A stretch of 55,532 nt of DNA from an uncultured Gammaproteobacteria bacterium (GTDB taxonomy: Bacteria; Patescibacteriota; Microgenomatia; UBA8517; UBA10165). Under the pieces are notes generated by a model. It was given only the letters and a program-made list of their open reading frames with translations, ran no database searches and had not been told where the DNA came from. The position numbers and the translations under genes are program-made. Positions 1-8,602 of this stretch are shown piece by piece (within the stretch, counting starts at the first letter, position 1; each line of letters starts with the position of its first letter). The DNA is taken from contig CAYIUF010000002.1 of NCBI GenBank assembly GCA_964366515.1, forward strand, positions 1-55,532, given 5' to 3'.

Positions 1-1329
1 AACGTCTAGCAAATTATAGTCTTGAATTCCAGCTATGGATCCGCTAAATGGCGTTAGTACGACCTTTGGGGATGTGTTGTCGCGATCAACACCACTCCTC
101 ATGTTGAACATAACTTGCTTACTATTCAAATCAACCCATGACCCAAAAGAAGAATCAGCTGGCCAGCCCTTGAACGTCTTTCCTTCAGGAACCAAGCCAA
201 TCTCTATGGCCCTCCCTGCTTGTACGTATTTCTCAAGAGCCTCTCTTAAAAATTTTATATCAACAATATTTAGCTTGATTGGAACATTTGGATCAGCTCT
301 AAATGTTAATGATCTACCTTCCAAGCCCTCAATTTTCGCAATTATTGGAAGGTCTGCTTCTGGAGTTGGTTGGGGCTCTGGCCCTCCGGCGGCAAGTGGT
401 TTGGGTTTTAGAAATTCTGCGTCTTGAGGAACCCAGCCGAACTCTTTTAAAAGATCACCCGACAAGAACGGGGTTACACTTCCTTTAGGAGGAAGACCTG
501 GGAGAGATTCCTGAAAACATTGAAATCCTGTTCGCTGACATCTTAATCCGATAAACAATCCAAAGTCTTCCAAGCCAGTTGGGTATCCATATACTTGAGC
601 TGCATCTTCAAGACTAACTTTTCTGTCCCCAATTGTTGTAAAACGATCCTGCAGTGCAGTTATTGCCTCCTTTTCTCTTGCGGACGCATAGTTGTCTGGA
701 TTTAGTCTCATCAGAAGGTCGCGCGGAGACGCTAAGCCAACCGAATGGGCGGGAATTCCTCTTGCCTGGAGCGCCTTTCTCAAGTCAGGACTTGCTGATT
801 CTATCTCGGAGAGGTTATCGAATCCATTGCCCAGTACTATTCCATCGGGACTGCCTTGGGTTGCATTAACCTGTAAAAGTCCCCCTTGGAACACTTGATA
901 CCCAAAACCGTCTTTTGTAAAAAACTCAGAAGCAGGATAGCCAAGCGTGTTTATTCCCCCAAGCCTTTTAAAAGCATCCCAAAATCTGCCATGTCCATTA
1001 TTTGTTACGCTAAAACCTGTGTCTTTTTGGTTGCCAGTTTGTGTAAAGAAACGGCCTACTTCATTCCCATCAGTGTGTATAAGGGGTACTTCGACTCCAG
1101 GTATTTGATGAAGAGTTTCGGCGTGCGCAACACGAACGCCTTTGGATATCTCAAAATGCTGCCTTGCGAGCTCAGATGCCCCTCCTGCGGCAACAATACC
1201 CAAGGCTGCGCCGACACGACTTAAAAAACCTCGGCGAGTTGTTTCAGAGGGTTGGGAAACAGGGGACGTTACACTTGGAAGTTCTGGGGTCTGGGATTCA
1301 GGCATCGGAATTATTCGTTCTTGACTCAT
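1..1329 (-). CDS. Secreted protein of unknown function with twin-arginine (Tat) signal; C-terminus cut by window edge
   Basis: Absent from ORF track because it runs off the window. Reverse-strand ATG at 1329-1327 opens a frame with no stop in the ~190 nt checked by hand: MSQERIIPMPESQTPELPSVTSPVSQPSETTRRGFLSRVGAALGIVAAGG... TRRGFL plus a hydrophobic stretch fits the Tat motif. The + strand ORFs 35..1324 are fragmented antisense shadows. Confidence 0.6.
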   Translation of the reverse strand, partial: MSQERIIPMPESQTPELPSVTSPVSQPSETTRRGFLSRVGAALGIVAAGGASELARQHFEISKGVRVAHAETLHQIPGVEVPLIHTDGNEVGRFFTQTGNQKDTGFSVTNNGHGRFWDAFKRLGGINTLGYPASEFFTKDGFGYQVFQGGLLQVNATQGSPDGIVLGNGFDNLSEIESASPDLRKALQARGIPAHSVGLASPRDLLMRLNPDNYASAREKEAITALQDRFTTIGDRKVSLEDAAQVYGYPTGLEDFGLFIGLRCQRTGFQCFQESLPGLPPKGSVTPFLSGDLLKEFGWVPQDAEFLKPKPLAAGGPEPQPTPEADLPIIAKIEGLEGRSLTFRADPNVPIKLNIVDIKFLREALEKYVQAGRAIEIGLVPEGKTFKGWPADSSFGSWVDLNSKQVMFNMRSGVDRDNTSPKVVLTPFSGSIAGIQDYNLLDV

Positions 1330-1368
1330 AGTTCGCTAATTTTACCATAGTCTGATTAAATTTACGAG

Positions 1369-1428
1369 ATTGCTTCGTCCTTCGACACGTTTACACTGAG
1401 CTTGTCGAATGTGCTCAGGACTCGCAAT
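1369..1428. repeat. Compound palindromic intergenic element with interleaved inverted repeats
   Basis: Read directly: ATTGC(1369-1373)/GCAAT(1424-1428); GTCC(1377-1380)/GGAC(1418-1421); TTCGACA(1381-1387)/TGTCGAA(1403-1409); CTGAGC(1396-1401)/GCTCAG(1413-1418). Confidence 0.5.
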
Positions 1429-1438
1429 GACGAATATG

Positions 1439-1996
1439 TCACCTATTATTTACAAGTATCTGCCCCACTGATACTATTTCTTTTCCGCTTGCGTCAGATG
1501 ACACTGATAGGTTAACAAGAACATCGTCGCCAGCTCCCAATTCACTCCACTGGATTGGACCCCCAGATTTTGACCCCCTCAGTATATTTTCTCCGCCTAG
1601 GTTTATTGCGTTATAGATTTGGCTTCCATCAAGGGAGGTTATTTCAAGATTGTAGTTTGTCCCATTAGGAGTAATTTTCGTAATCTTCCCCTCGAGCGTG
1701 TAAACGACTGTTGCACTTTTAACAAGCTTCCCCTTTTGTGAGCTTGCATCAAGAGACGGTGTGAAAGAGTTGTCTTGCGGCACCCTTGATTTGGGTGTAG
1801 TAACCACACTCGCGGTTTTAGTATAATGCGGCAGCCAGCCGAAGACGCTTGGGTAGCTTTGGGATAATGGGAAGAAGTTGAAATAATTTAGAACCAAAGC
1901 AAGAAGAAGAACTACAACAATTGCACCTCCCAACATCACTCCTACAAACGTATCGTTTGTGTTGTTATTTCTTGATGTAAAGCTTTGATCTGCCAT
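1439..1996 (-). CDS. Hypothetical protein with N-terminal membrane anchor
   Basis: ORF track. Hydrophobic segment VGVMLGGAIVVVLLLALVLNYF near the N-terminus. No family recognised. Confidence 0.5.
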   Translation of the reverse strand: MADQSFTSRNNNTNDTFVGVMLGGAIVVVLLLALVLNYFNFFPLSQSYPSVFGWLPHYTKTASVVTTPKSRVPQDNSFTPSLDASSQKGKLVKSATVVYTLEGKITKITPNGTNYNLEITSLDGSQIYNAINLGGENILRGSKSGGPIQWSELGAGDDVLVNLSVSSDASGKEIVSVGQILVNNR

Positions 1997-2014
1997 GTTT
2001 TAATATTAATGAAG

Positions 2015-2485
2015 TTAGTTTGAAACTGCAACAGAGTTGTTGAGTGCCTTCACAATCTCATTGTATTCGGATTGATATTCAGACTTTTTAAGGGTTACAA
2101 ATAAATACTCTGCGTCTGAGGCTTTGATTATAGTAAGCCCCTCTTTCTTTTCTGACTCACCAGTTGCCTTTGAAAACAGAGTTATTGCCGAATCTCCGGA
2201 AGTTGCTTTTGCACAATCAATTCCAGAGCTCTTTGGGTTTGCAAACCATGCCGGCTCTCCACAGCGAATTATTTCCCAACCTTGAGGGAGTTTTGTTTTT
2301 ACAATTTTCTCACCCAGCGTAAGTTGAGGAGCGGTTGTGTTGGTTTGAGTATAAGCCCCAGGTTGGGACGATTTTTTAGAAGTTGTGGGGTTTTTGTAGA
2401 ATGCTAAATAACCCCAGTAGGCTCCCAAACCAATTAACAATGTTGTTACAACCACAATAATTGAATACAGGACACGCATACTCAC
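2015..2485 (-). CDS. Hypothetical protein with N-terminal membrane anchor
   Basis: ORF track. VLYSIIVVVTTLLIGLGAYWGYLAF anchor. Start is GTG at 2485 or ATG at 2479, both only 6-12 nt from the -10 box. Confidence 0.5.
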   Translation of the reverse strand: MSMRVLYSIIVVVTTLLIGLGAYWGYLAFYKNPTTSKKSSQPGAYTQTNTTAPQLTLGEKIVKTKLPQGWEIIRCGEPAWFANPKSSGIDCAKATSGDSAITLFSKATGESEKKEGLTIIKASDAEYLFVTLKKSEYQSEYNEIVKALNNSVAVSN

Positions 2486-2491
2486 ACATCC

Positions 2492-2520
2492 ATAGTATGA
2501 AACACAAATTCACCTGTCAA
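2492..2520 (-). promoter_or_regulatory. Sigma70-type promoter for the 2015..2485 gene
   Basis: Reverse strand reads TTGACA(2520-2515), 17-nt spacer, TACTAT(2497-2492). Confidence 0.55.
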
Positions 2521-2542
2521 ATTAAGGACTTTATTATCAAAA

Positions 2543-2568
2543 TATACACCTATACATATAAGTGTATA
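2543..2568. promoter_or_regulatory. 26-bp palindrome copy 1 (TATACACCTATA-CA-TATAAGTGTATA); operator and/or terminator of the TrpR-like gene
   Basis: 12-bp arms with one mismatch and a 2-nt spacer. Lies 2 nt after the stop of the 2570..3115 gene. On the reverse strand it is followed by TTTTG. It sits about 25 nt upstream of the -35 box of the next promoter. Confidence 0.6.
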
Positions 2569-2569
2569 T

Positions 2570-3115
2570 TTACAATTTCTTCTTAACTCTGTTTGCAAAC
2601 TGGGCATTAAGGTTTTCTCTTAGACTTTTATCATCAGCTGCTTTAACTCTCATACTTTCAGCGAATTTTGAAAGTTGTTTTTTCTCTCTTGAAACTAGAT
2701 ACTCTGATCCAAGAGCTAGTAGTATGTCTGGTAGACCGTACCCGATCCCGGGGGTTCTTTTTGCTCTATATATCTCTCTTCTGGATGGGAGTTTTGAAAT
2801 TACTGATCTCAAACCCTGGCCAGCATTACCTAACCACATTCTAACTTTTGTAACAGTAGCAAAGCTGCAATGAAGCTCCCTTACAATCTCTTCGTTCTTT
2901 TGTCCAGCCATCAGCAACTTTGCGATTCTTAGACGCTTGGCGAGAATCTTGACTTCGTCTTCGGTCAAAAGGTCTCTTAAAAAGAGAGTGGTATTTACCG
3001 GTGTGCGCAAGAGTGAGAACGCATTGATAAGGTCAAAGATTAGGTCTTCCTGGCTCTTGGGGGAAATTTTCTCAAGGCGTTTTCTATTCGTTTCAAAGTA
3101 ATTAAACTTACCCAT
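2570..3115 (-). CDS. TrpR-related YerC/YecD-like helix-turn-helix regulator with C-terminal extension
   Basis: LFLRDLLTEDEVKILAKRLRIAKLLMAGQKNEEIVRELHCSFATVTKV resembles the TrpR/YerC-YecD family core. Assigned by recall, not by search. Confidence 0.65.
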   Translation of the reverse strand: MGKFNYFETNRKRLEKISPKSQEDLIFDLINAFSLLRTPVNTTLFLRDLLTEDEVKILAKRLRIAKLLMAGQKNEEIVRELHCSFATVTKVRMWLGNAGQGLRSVISKLPSRREIYRAKRTPGIGYGLPDILLALGSEYLVSREKKQLSKFAESMRVKAADDKSLRENLNAQFANRVKKKL

Positions 3116-3123
3116 ATCTTAAG

Positions 3124-3149
3124 TATACACCTATACATATAGGTGTATA
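3124..3149. promoter_or_regulatory. 26-bp palindrome copy 2 (perfect 12-bp arms TATACACCTATA/TATAGGTGTATA); candidate autoregulatory operator
   Basis: Lies 9 nt upstream of the TrpR-like start codon (3115), between an AT-rich -10-like TATAAA and the ATG. Confidence 0.6.
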
Positions 3150-3242
3150 AATTTATAGTAGTTCTTTTTCTTAGGGGATAATTTTGCCGAGTCGAGTGAA
3201 AGAAAATTTTTGCCCAATTTTATCAATAAAGGGCGGAGGAAC

Positions 3243-4520
3243 CTATGGTAGGATTTTTCGGAAAAGTTCTGTTGCTCGGCCAAAAAGCCCTTTGACCGGC
3301 AAGCCGCCACGAACTCTGGAGTAAATTGCCGCTGGCGACCAGTTTGTTTGTGCACTCTGGGGATTTTGGGTTGCATATATTAATAGTCCAACACAGCCTG
3401 CAAAGGCCGGGTTTGTTACTTCATCAATTAGCCCCGTTACACCCTTTGGAACTCCAAGCCTGACCGGTAGGGAAAGCATTCTTCTTGCTGCCTCTGTTGC
3501 ACCGACGGTTTGCGCAGCGCCCCCAGTTAGAACAATGCCTGAGGGGGTTTTTCCTGCAGTTGCCGATTCCGATAGATTCATGCCGACCATTGTGAATATT
3601 TCGTTTAAGCGGGGTTTTATAATTCCCTCAATTAAGGTTTTTTCTGAAATTTTTCTATCACCTTCGTCGACGTTGTAATGTTTTAGATCTATTTCATCTT
3701 CATCTCCTTCTGATTTGCCTTTCTTTCTTTTTTCTCCTAGAAGGATTTTGATTTTTTCTGCTGAATCAAGGGAAACTCTTAGTCCTGCTGCAATGTCGTT
3801 TGTTACATTTTTTCCGCCAATTGGCAAAACAGAAGAATGGGCGATTGATCCTTCGACATAAACGACGAGTGATGTTGTACCTGCTCCAACGTCAACTAAA
3901 ACGACACCAAGTTCTCGCTCGGTATCAGAAAGCACTGAGACTGCAGAGGATAGCCCTGAGAAAACCATTCCTACCGGGGTCACTCCAACTTCTGAGACTG
4001 ACTTTTGAATGTTTTTTACAGCGGTCGTTGAGCCAGTAATTAGATGGGTTTCAACTTCGAGTCTTACACCGCTCATTCCTTCGGGATCTCGTACCTGGGT
4101 TTCGCCGTCAACTTTATATTCTTTTGGCAAGACGTGGATTATTTCCCTTGCTTCTGGAAGCGAGACTGCACGTGCAGCGTCAATTACTCGTTCAATGTCT
4201 TGGGAGGAGATTTCTCCCCCGGGATCTGCAACCGCAACTACTCCTGAGGAATTTCTTGAGTCAATGTGACCCCCGCCTATTGTTACATATGACTGGTCAA
4301 GGCTGTAGCCGGCCATGCGTTCGGCTTGTTCAACTGATTCTAAAACTGCAGCTGCTGCCTCATCGATATCTACAATCTGCCCTTTTCTTACTCCACGAGA
4401 TGGAACCATTCCAACTCCGGAGATTGATATTTTATCTTCCAGTTCGTCGTATTGGGCCACCAATGACGCGATTTTGCCTGATCCTATATCTATTCCCGCC
4501 AAGACTTTTGTTTTCGCCAT
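3243..4520 (-). CDS. ftsA: Cell division protein FtsA
   Basis: Actin-fold N-terminus AGIDIGSGKIASLVAQ. Length and position at the end of the dcw cluster fit FtsA. Confidence 0.9.
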   Translation of the reverse strand: MAKTKVLAGIDIGSGKIASLVAQYDELEDKISISGVGMVPSRGVRKGQIVDIDEAAAAVLESVEQAERMAGYSLDQSYVTIGGGHIDSRNSSGVVAVADPGGEISSQDIERVIDAARAVSLPEAREIIHVLPKEYKVDGETQVRDPEGMSGVRLEVETHLITGSTTAVKNIQKSVSEVGVTPVGMVFSGLSSAVSVLSDTERELGVVLVDVGAGTTSLVVYVEGSIAHSSVLPIGGKNVTNDIAAGLRVSLDSAEKIKILLGEKRKKGKSEGDEDEIDLKHYNVDEGDRKISEKTLIEGIIKPRLNEIFTMVGMNLSESATAGKTPSGIVLTGGAAQTVGATEAARRMLSLPVRLGVPKGVTGLIDEVTNPAFAGCVGLLIYATQNPQSAQTNWSPAAIYSRVRGGLPVKGLFGRATELFRKILP

Positions 4521-4533
4521 AGTTAAATAATTT

Positions 4534-4615
4534 CTAAATCCTAATTTCTAAATTCTAAATAAGCACGAATGTTTCGAAATTTAAATTTTAAACTTTGATA
4601 TTGTTTAGGATTTAG
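4534..4615. repeat. 11-bp perfect inverted repeat in the AT-rich ftsQ-ftsA spacer
   Basis: CTAAATCCTAA(4534-4544) and TTAGGATTTAG(4605-4615). Tandem AATTTCTAAAT-like units lie between them. Confidence 0.4.
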
Positions 4616-4634
4616 AGCTTTGTAATTTGTGCTT

Positions 4635-5276
4635 CTATTCATATTTGAGTACTGGATTCTTATACCGCAGGTCAATGCTTGTCGGTATTTTCTTGTTCAT
4701 TTTAGACTGTGTTAAGATCAATTGTAAAGAACCTGATAAAACCTGGGGGTCGCCGCTGTGTGGAAATATCACCTGTGTGTTCTCAAGATCGATTGTAATT
4801 TTGTCTTTTTCTAGGTTTGATTTTTTGATGTTTTCTATTTTTGAAACTAAAAGTAATATCCGGCCCGCATATAACGTTTTGTCGTCAATTTTTAGTCCAA
4901 CAGAAGGATTTTGTGAGTCTTGCGCAAGTTCTAAAGTTGGCAGGGCCGTTTTTTTTTCAAAAGATAGAATTGTTCCGTCTTTTGAACTTATGAAAATTCC
5001 CTGCAACCCTATTTTTGTAATTCCTATATATCCCCGTCTTTTTTCAATAAACACTAAAAGGGCAGAGGGTAAAACTTTATTTACTATTATATCTTCATTT
5101 TTGAAGTTTTGTAGAAGCTTTTCCTCAACTTGGTCTTTTTTAAGGACAATAATATTTTTTCCCTTGAATGTGTCTAATTGTTTGTGATCATATTCTTCAC
5201 ATGGGCCAAATTGTGTTTTGCAAGTAATGTTTGAAATAGAAATTAGACCCACTAAAAAAGCAAGTGCTGAGTTCAT
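4635..5276 (-). CDS. ftsQ: FtsQ/DivIB-like cell division protein (short, POTRA-like)
   Basis: N-terminal anchor, then VNKVLPSALLVFIEKRRG, which resembles the FtsQ POTRA signature. Sits between murG and ftsA, with an ATGA overlap with murG. Confidence 0.6.
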   Translation of the reverse strand: MNSALAFLVGLISISNITCKTQFGPCEEYDHKQLDTFKGKNIIVLKKDQVEEKLLQNFKNEDIIVNKVLPSALLVFIEKRRGYIGITKIGLQGIFISSKDGTILSFEKKTALPTLELAQDSQNPSVGLKIDDKTLYAGRILLLVSKIENIKKSNLEKDKITIDLENTQVIFPHSGDPQVLSGSLQLILTQSKMNKKIPTSIDLRYKNPVLKYE

Positions 5277-6367
5277 TTTTGGGATAGATCAAGAACTAGT
5301 TTTGTAACTTTTGCTGAAGCAGTGGGACTTGCTAATTCTCTGGCAGCCTTTTTAGCATTTAGATTGGGAGGATTTTTGAGCATTTCTTTTGCCGAATCAA
5401 GAAGTACTTCGGAAGTTAATGTATCTTCACTTAGCACTTTTGCTAAACCAGTTTTACCTAACGCCTTTGCATTTTTGATTTGCTCTCCCCCACCAGACCA
5501 TGAGATTGGAATTAAGATTGAGGCAGTTCCAAGAGCCGCTATTTCTAAAACAGTGTTTGCACCAGCCCGAGAGATAACTAAATCTGCATTTTTAAGTTTT
5601 GCCTCAAAATCTTGCGGGGAATAGTTTGCTGAAATTTCATAATTCTTTTGCAGTTTTTCTGGAAGTTCTTGTCTTGCATTCTTCACCCTAATAAAGTCTG
5701 TTATTCCAGTTTGGTGGGACACCACGGCTATTTCAAGCAGCTCAGGCAGCGCTGGTAAAACTGCGTTGTTTATTTTTTGCGAACCACGACTTCCTCCGGT
5801 TATCAAGATTTTAGGAATATTGTTTTTTACCCTTCTTTTGTTTTCAAAAAATGCCGGCCTTATTGGATTGCCGGTCAAAAGAGTTTTTCCTTTTGGAAAA
5901 TCGTTTTTACTTTCCGGGAAAGTTATTGCAATTGCCCTTGCCATTTTTGCAACAATTTTGTTTGCAATTCCAGGGACTGTTGTTTGCTCGTGTGTAATTA
6001 TTGGAATTCCTAGAATATATGCAGATAACGCTGGTGGAACTGCTACATAACTTCCGAACGAAAGAAGCAAGTCTGGTTTTAATTTTGAGAGCAGAACAAA
6101 GCTTTCTATAAATCCAAGAGGAAATTTCCAAAAGGTTAAAATGGTTTTGAAAATGTTTTTTTTGTGGAGCTTTGTTGAATGTATCTGGTAGAAAGGAATT
6201 CCCATTTTCGGAATCACCTGATATTCCAAAGTTTGGGATCCTGTCCCTTCAATACTTTCCTTTTCTCCAAACCAGAAGATTTCTACGTTTTCTTTTTTTA
6301 ACTCTTCAACTGTAGCCAATGCCGGCGTAGCGTGGCCGCCTGTGATCACCACTTTAAGATTTTTCAT
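5273..6367 (-). CDS. murG: UDP-GlcNAc:lipid I N-acetylglucosaminyltransferase MurG
   Basis: MKNLKVVITGGHATPALA... and ITGGSRGSQ motifs. The ORF-track start at 6742 overlaps ftsW. The ATG at 6367 overlaps the ftsW stop codon (ATGA). Confidence 0.9.
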   Translation of the reverse strand: MKNLKVVITGGHATPALATVEELKKENVEIFWFGEKESIEGTGSQTLEYQVIPKMGIPFYQIHSTKLHKKNIFKTILTFWKFPLGFIESFVLLSKLKPDLLLSFGSYVAVPPALSAYILGIPIITHEQTTVPGIANKIVAKMARAIAITFPESKNDFPKGKTLLTGNPIRPAFFENKRRVKNNIPKILITGGSRGSQKINNAVLPALPELLEIAVVSHQTGITDFIRVKNARQELPEKLQKNYEISANYSPQDFEAKLKNADLVISRAGANTVLEIAALGTASILIPISWSGGGEQIKNAKALGKTGLAKVLSEDTLTSEVLLDSAKEMLKNPPNLNAKKAARELASPTASAKVTKLVLDLSQK

Positions 6368-7461
6368 TTTCTTGCTTCGCTTTTTGCGATGTTTAATAAT
6401 ATCCCAATCCCCGACAGCGTTACAAAAAGCGACGATCCGCCGTAAGAAACCAACGGCAAGGGAACTCCTGTTAGGGGAATTATCGCAACCATTGCTGAAA
6501 GATTTATGAATGTTTGCACAGCAATCCAAGATGTTATGCCAACAGCCAATAGTTTTGCAAACGGGTCGTTGACTCTTGATGCGATCTGGTAACCGCGGAC
6601 TACCAGAAACAAAAAAGCCAAGATTACGCAAACTGCCCCAATAAACCCAAGTTCTTCTGAGATAATCGCAAATATCGAGTCTGTCGCGGGTTCCGGAAGA
6701 AAGAGATGTTTTTGTCTTGACTGACCAAGTCCTAACCCCCAAAAACCTCCGGAGCCAATTGCTATTAAAATTTGTCTTACATGATATGACGTATTTGCCG
6801 GGTCAGAATGAGGATCCAAAAAAGTCAGAATCCTTTCTCTTCTATAACTTGAGCTTAAGGCCAAGACTAAACCGCCAATAAGCCCGCTTGCTAAAACCCC
6901 GAGTATGTTTAATATTTTGGCGCCGCTTGCAAAATAAATCGCCAATGAGGAAAGAGCAACAACGGCGGTTGTACCCATGTCTGGTTCCAGCACTATTAAT
7001 AAACAGGTTAACGCGGCTGGGAAAGCGTATCTTAAAAAACTGTTGTTCCCTGAAAGCGATGCTGACAGGAATATGGTTAGCGTTAATTTTGCAATTTCCG
7101 CGGGTTGAACACCAAACGCTCCAAACCCAAGCCTGCGGCTTGCACCAAGCGCAGTTACTCCGATTCCTGGGATGAGCACTAGAACAAGCAGTACTATTGT
7201 TCCCCAAAAAAGCCAGACAGCGGTTTTTTTCCAGATTTTATAGCTGAGCTGGGATAGAGAAAACATTGCTGCCAACCCCAGCCCCGCCCACATTGCCTGT
7301 CTTTTTAGATAGAAAAACTTGTCTTGGAAAGTTCTTGTTGCGTCTGCAACAGAGGCATCAAAAACCATTGCCAAACCAAAGACCAAAAGCCCAATGGTCA
7401 AAAACAAAAGGGGTTTGTCGAGCATTACAGTTTGGACACGCAAACTTATGGAGCGCTTCAT
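6364..7461 (-). CDS. ftsW: SEDS-family peptidoglycan glycosyltransferase FtsW
   Basis: Polytopic membrane protein with the conserved PLPLVSYGGSSL motif, in dcw context. Confidence 0.9.
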   Translation of the reverse strand: MKRSISLRVQTVMLDKPLLFLTIGLLVFGLAMVFDASVADATRTFQDKFFYLKRQAMWAGLGLAAMFSLSQLSYKIWKKTAVWLFWGTIVLLVLVLIPGIGVTALGASRRLGFGAFGVQPAEIAKLTLTIFLSASLSGNNSFLRYAFPAALTCLLIVLEPDMGTTAVVALSSLAIYFASGAKILNILGVLASGLIGGLVLALSSSYRRERILTFLDPHSDPANTSYHVRQILIAIGSGGFWGLGLGQSRQKHLFLPEPATDSIFAIISEELGFIGAVCVILAFLFLVVRGYQIASRVNDPFAKLLAVGITSWIAVQTFINLSAMVAIIPLTGVPLPLVSYGGSSLFVTLSGIGILLNIAKSEARK

Positions 7462-7510
7462 ACTATATATGTGCTAGCCATATTCCGGCAGAGCCGTCAG
7501 AGTTTATCAT

Positions 7511-8566
7511 TTAAATATATGCTAACCACAGGCCAATGATTGCTAAAATTATCCCAGCAAGCCATGCTCTTGTTACAATTTTTGGCTCCTCCCAACCAAT
7601 TGCCAAGAGTGTGTGATGGAGTGGTGCAAGGGGGAAAATGGGCCGCTTGAGAATTTTCCAACCCAGTATCTGAATCGCAGAAGACGCAATTTCAACTACA
7701 AATACTCCACCTATTATAAGAAGCGCAACGATGCTTCCTGTCAAAAGCCCGATGAGCCCAAGCATTGCACCAAAAGACAACGATCCGGTATCTCCCAAGA
7801 AAATTCTTGCAGGCCAAACATTAAAATATAAAAACGCGATCAAAGCCCCAACCCAAAGCGAGATAAAAACTGATAATGGAGTATCAAGACTTCCTGCGGC
7901 GATTGGAGCAAAAGCCAAAAGACAGATCATCAAAAGGCCAGTGGACAGGCCGTCAAGGCCGTCTGTTATATTGAATGCATTTGAGAAAGCAACAATTACA
8001 AACGCACCAAACGGAACATACCAAAAGCCCAAATCTAAGACTCTTCCAAGCAATGGGATATTGAGGATATGGATTCCTAAATATTTGTAAACGACAAAGC
8101 TAACGCTTAAAGCCAGAACCCATTGAAGTAGAAATTTTATCCTTCTTGACAACCCAAACCAAATGCCTGAGGCTCCGGCTCTTCCTTTACCAAAAATTTT
8201 AATAAGATCATCAGATAACCCAAGGAGACCAAAGGAAATGAAGGTAAAGAAAAGCACAATAAGCTCAAGACTCGCATTGTATGCGGTTTGTACAAATACA
8301 CCCAAATACGTAGCCAGAGGAAAAATGATTGCAAAAAGTATTGAGACTACTGCAATTAAAAGAATTCCGCCCCCAACCGGAGTTCCGGCTTTTATGTCGT
8401 GCAGTCTGTCAAACAGTGGTATCTTGCCTTTTTTGGGAGCCTCGATTCTTCTTGTGAATTTAAACCAATATAAAAGATTTATGAACGGAATTACAAGGAT
8501 TCCGGTAATTAAAAAGGAAAAAATGACAAGCCCAAGAGCCAGGGGAAGTATGTTTGAGATGTTCAT
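7511..8566 (-). CDS. mraY: Phospho-N-acetylmuramoyl-pentapeptide transferase MraY
   Basis: NAFNITDGLDGL motif. Polytopic membrane protein. Confidence 0.95.
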   Translation of the reverse strand: MNISNILPLALGLVIFSFLITGILVIPFINLLYWFKFTRRIEAPKKGKIPLFDRLHDIKAGTPVGGGILLIAVVSILFAIIFPLATYLGVFVQTAYNASLELIVLFFTFISFGLLGLSDDLIKIFGKGRAGASGIWFGLSRRIKFLLQWVLALSVSFVVYKYLGIHILNIPLLGRVLDLGFWYVPFGAFVIVAFSNAFNITDGLDGLSTGLLMICLLAFAPIAAGSLDTPLSVFISLWVGALIAFLYFNVWPARIFLGDTGSLSFGAMLGLIGLLTGSIVALLIIGGVFVVEIASSAIQILGWKILKRPIFPLAPLHHTLLAIGWEEPKIVTRAWLAGIILAIIGLWLAYI

Positions 8567-8602
8567 CTCTAGTCTACTGTATCACACCTGTGGCCCCCAC
8601 AG

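Noticed and set aside
6368-6742. N-terminal 125-aa extension of the murG ORF, and similar upstream extensions at 10756..10830, 51459..51497 and 28029..28097.
   Set aside because: The extensions overlap the preceding conserved gene in another frame. The internal starts give canonical N-termini and ATGA or TTGA stop-start overlaps.
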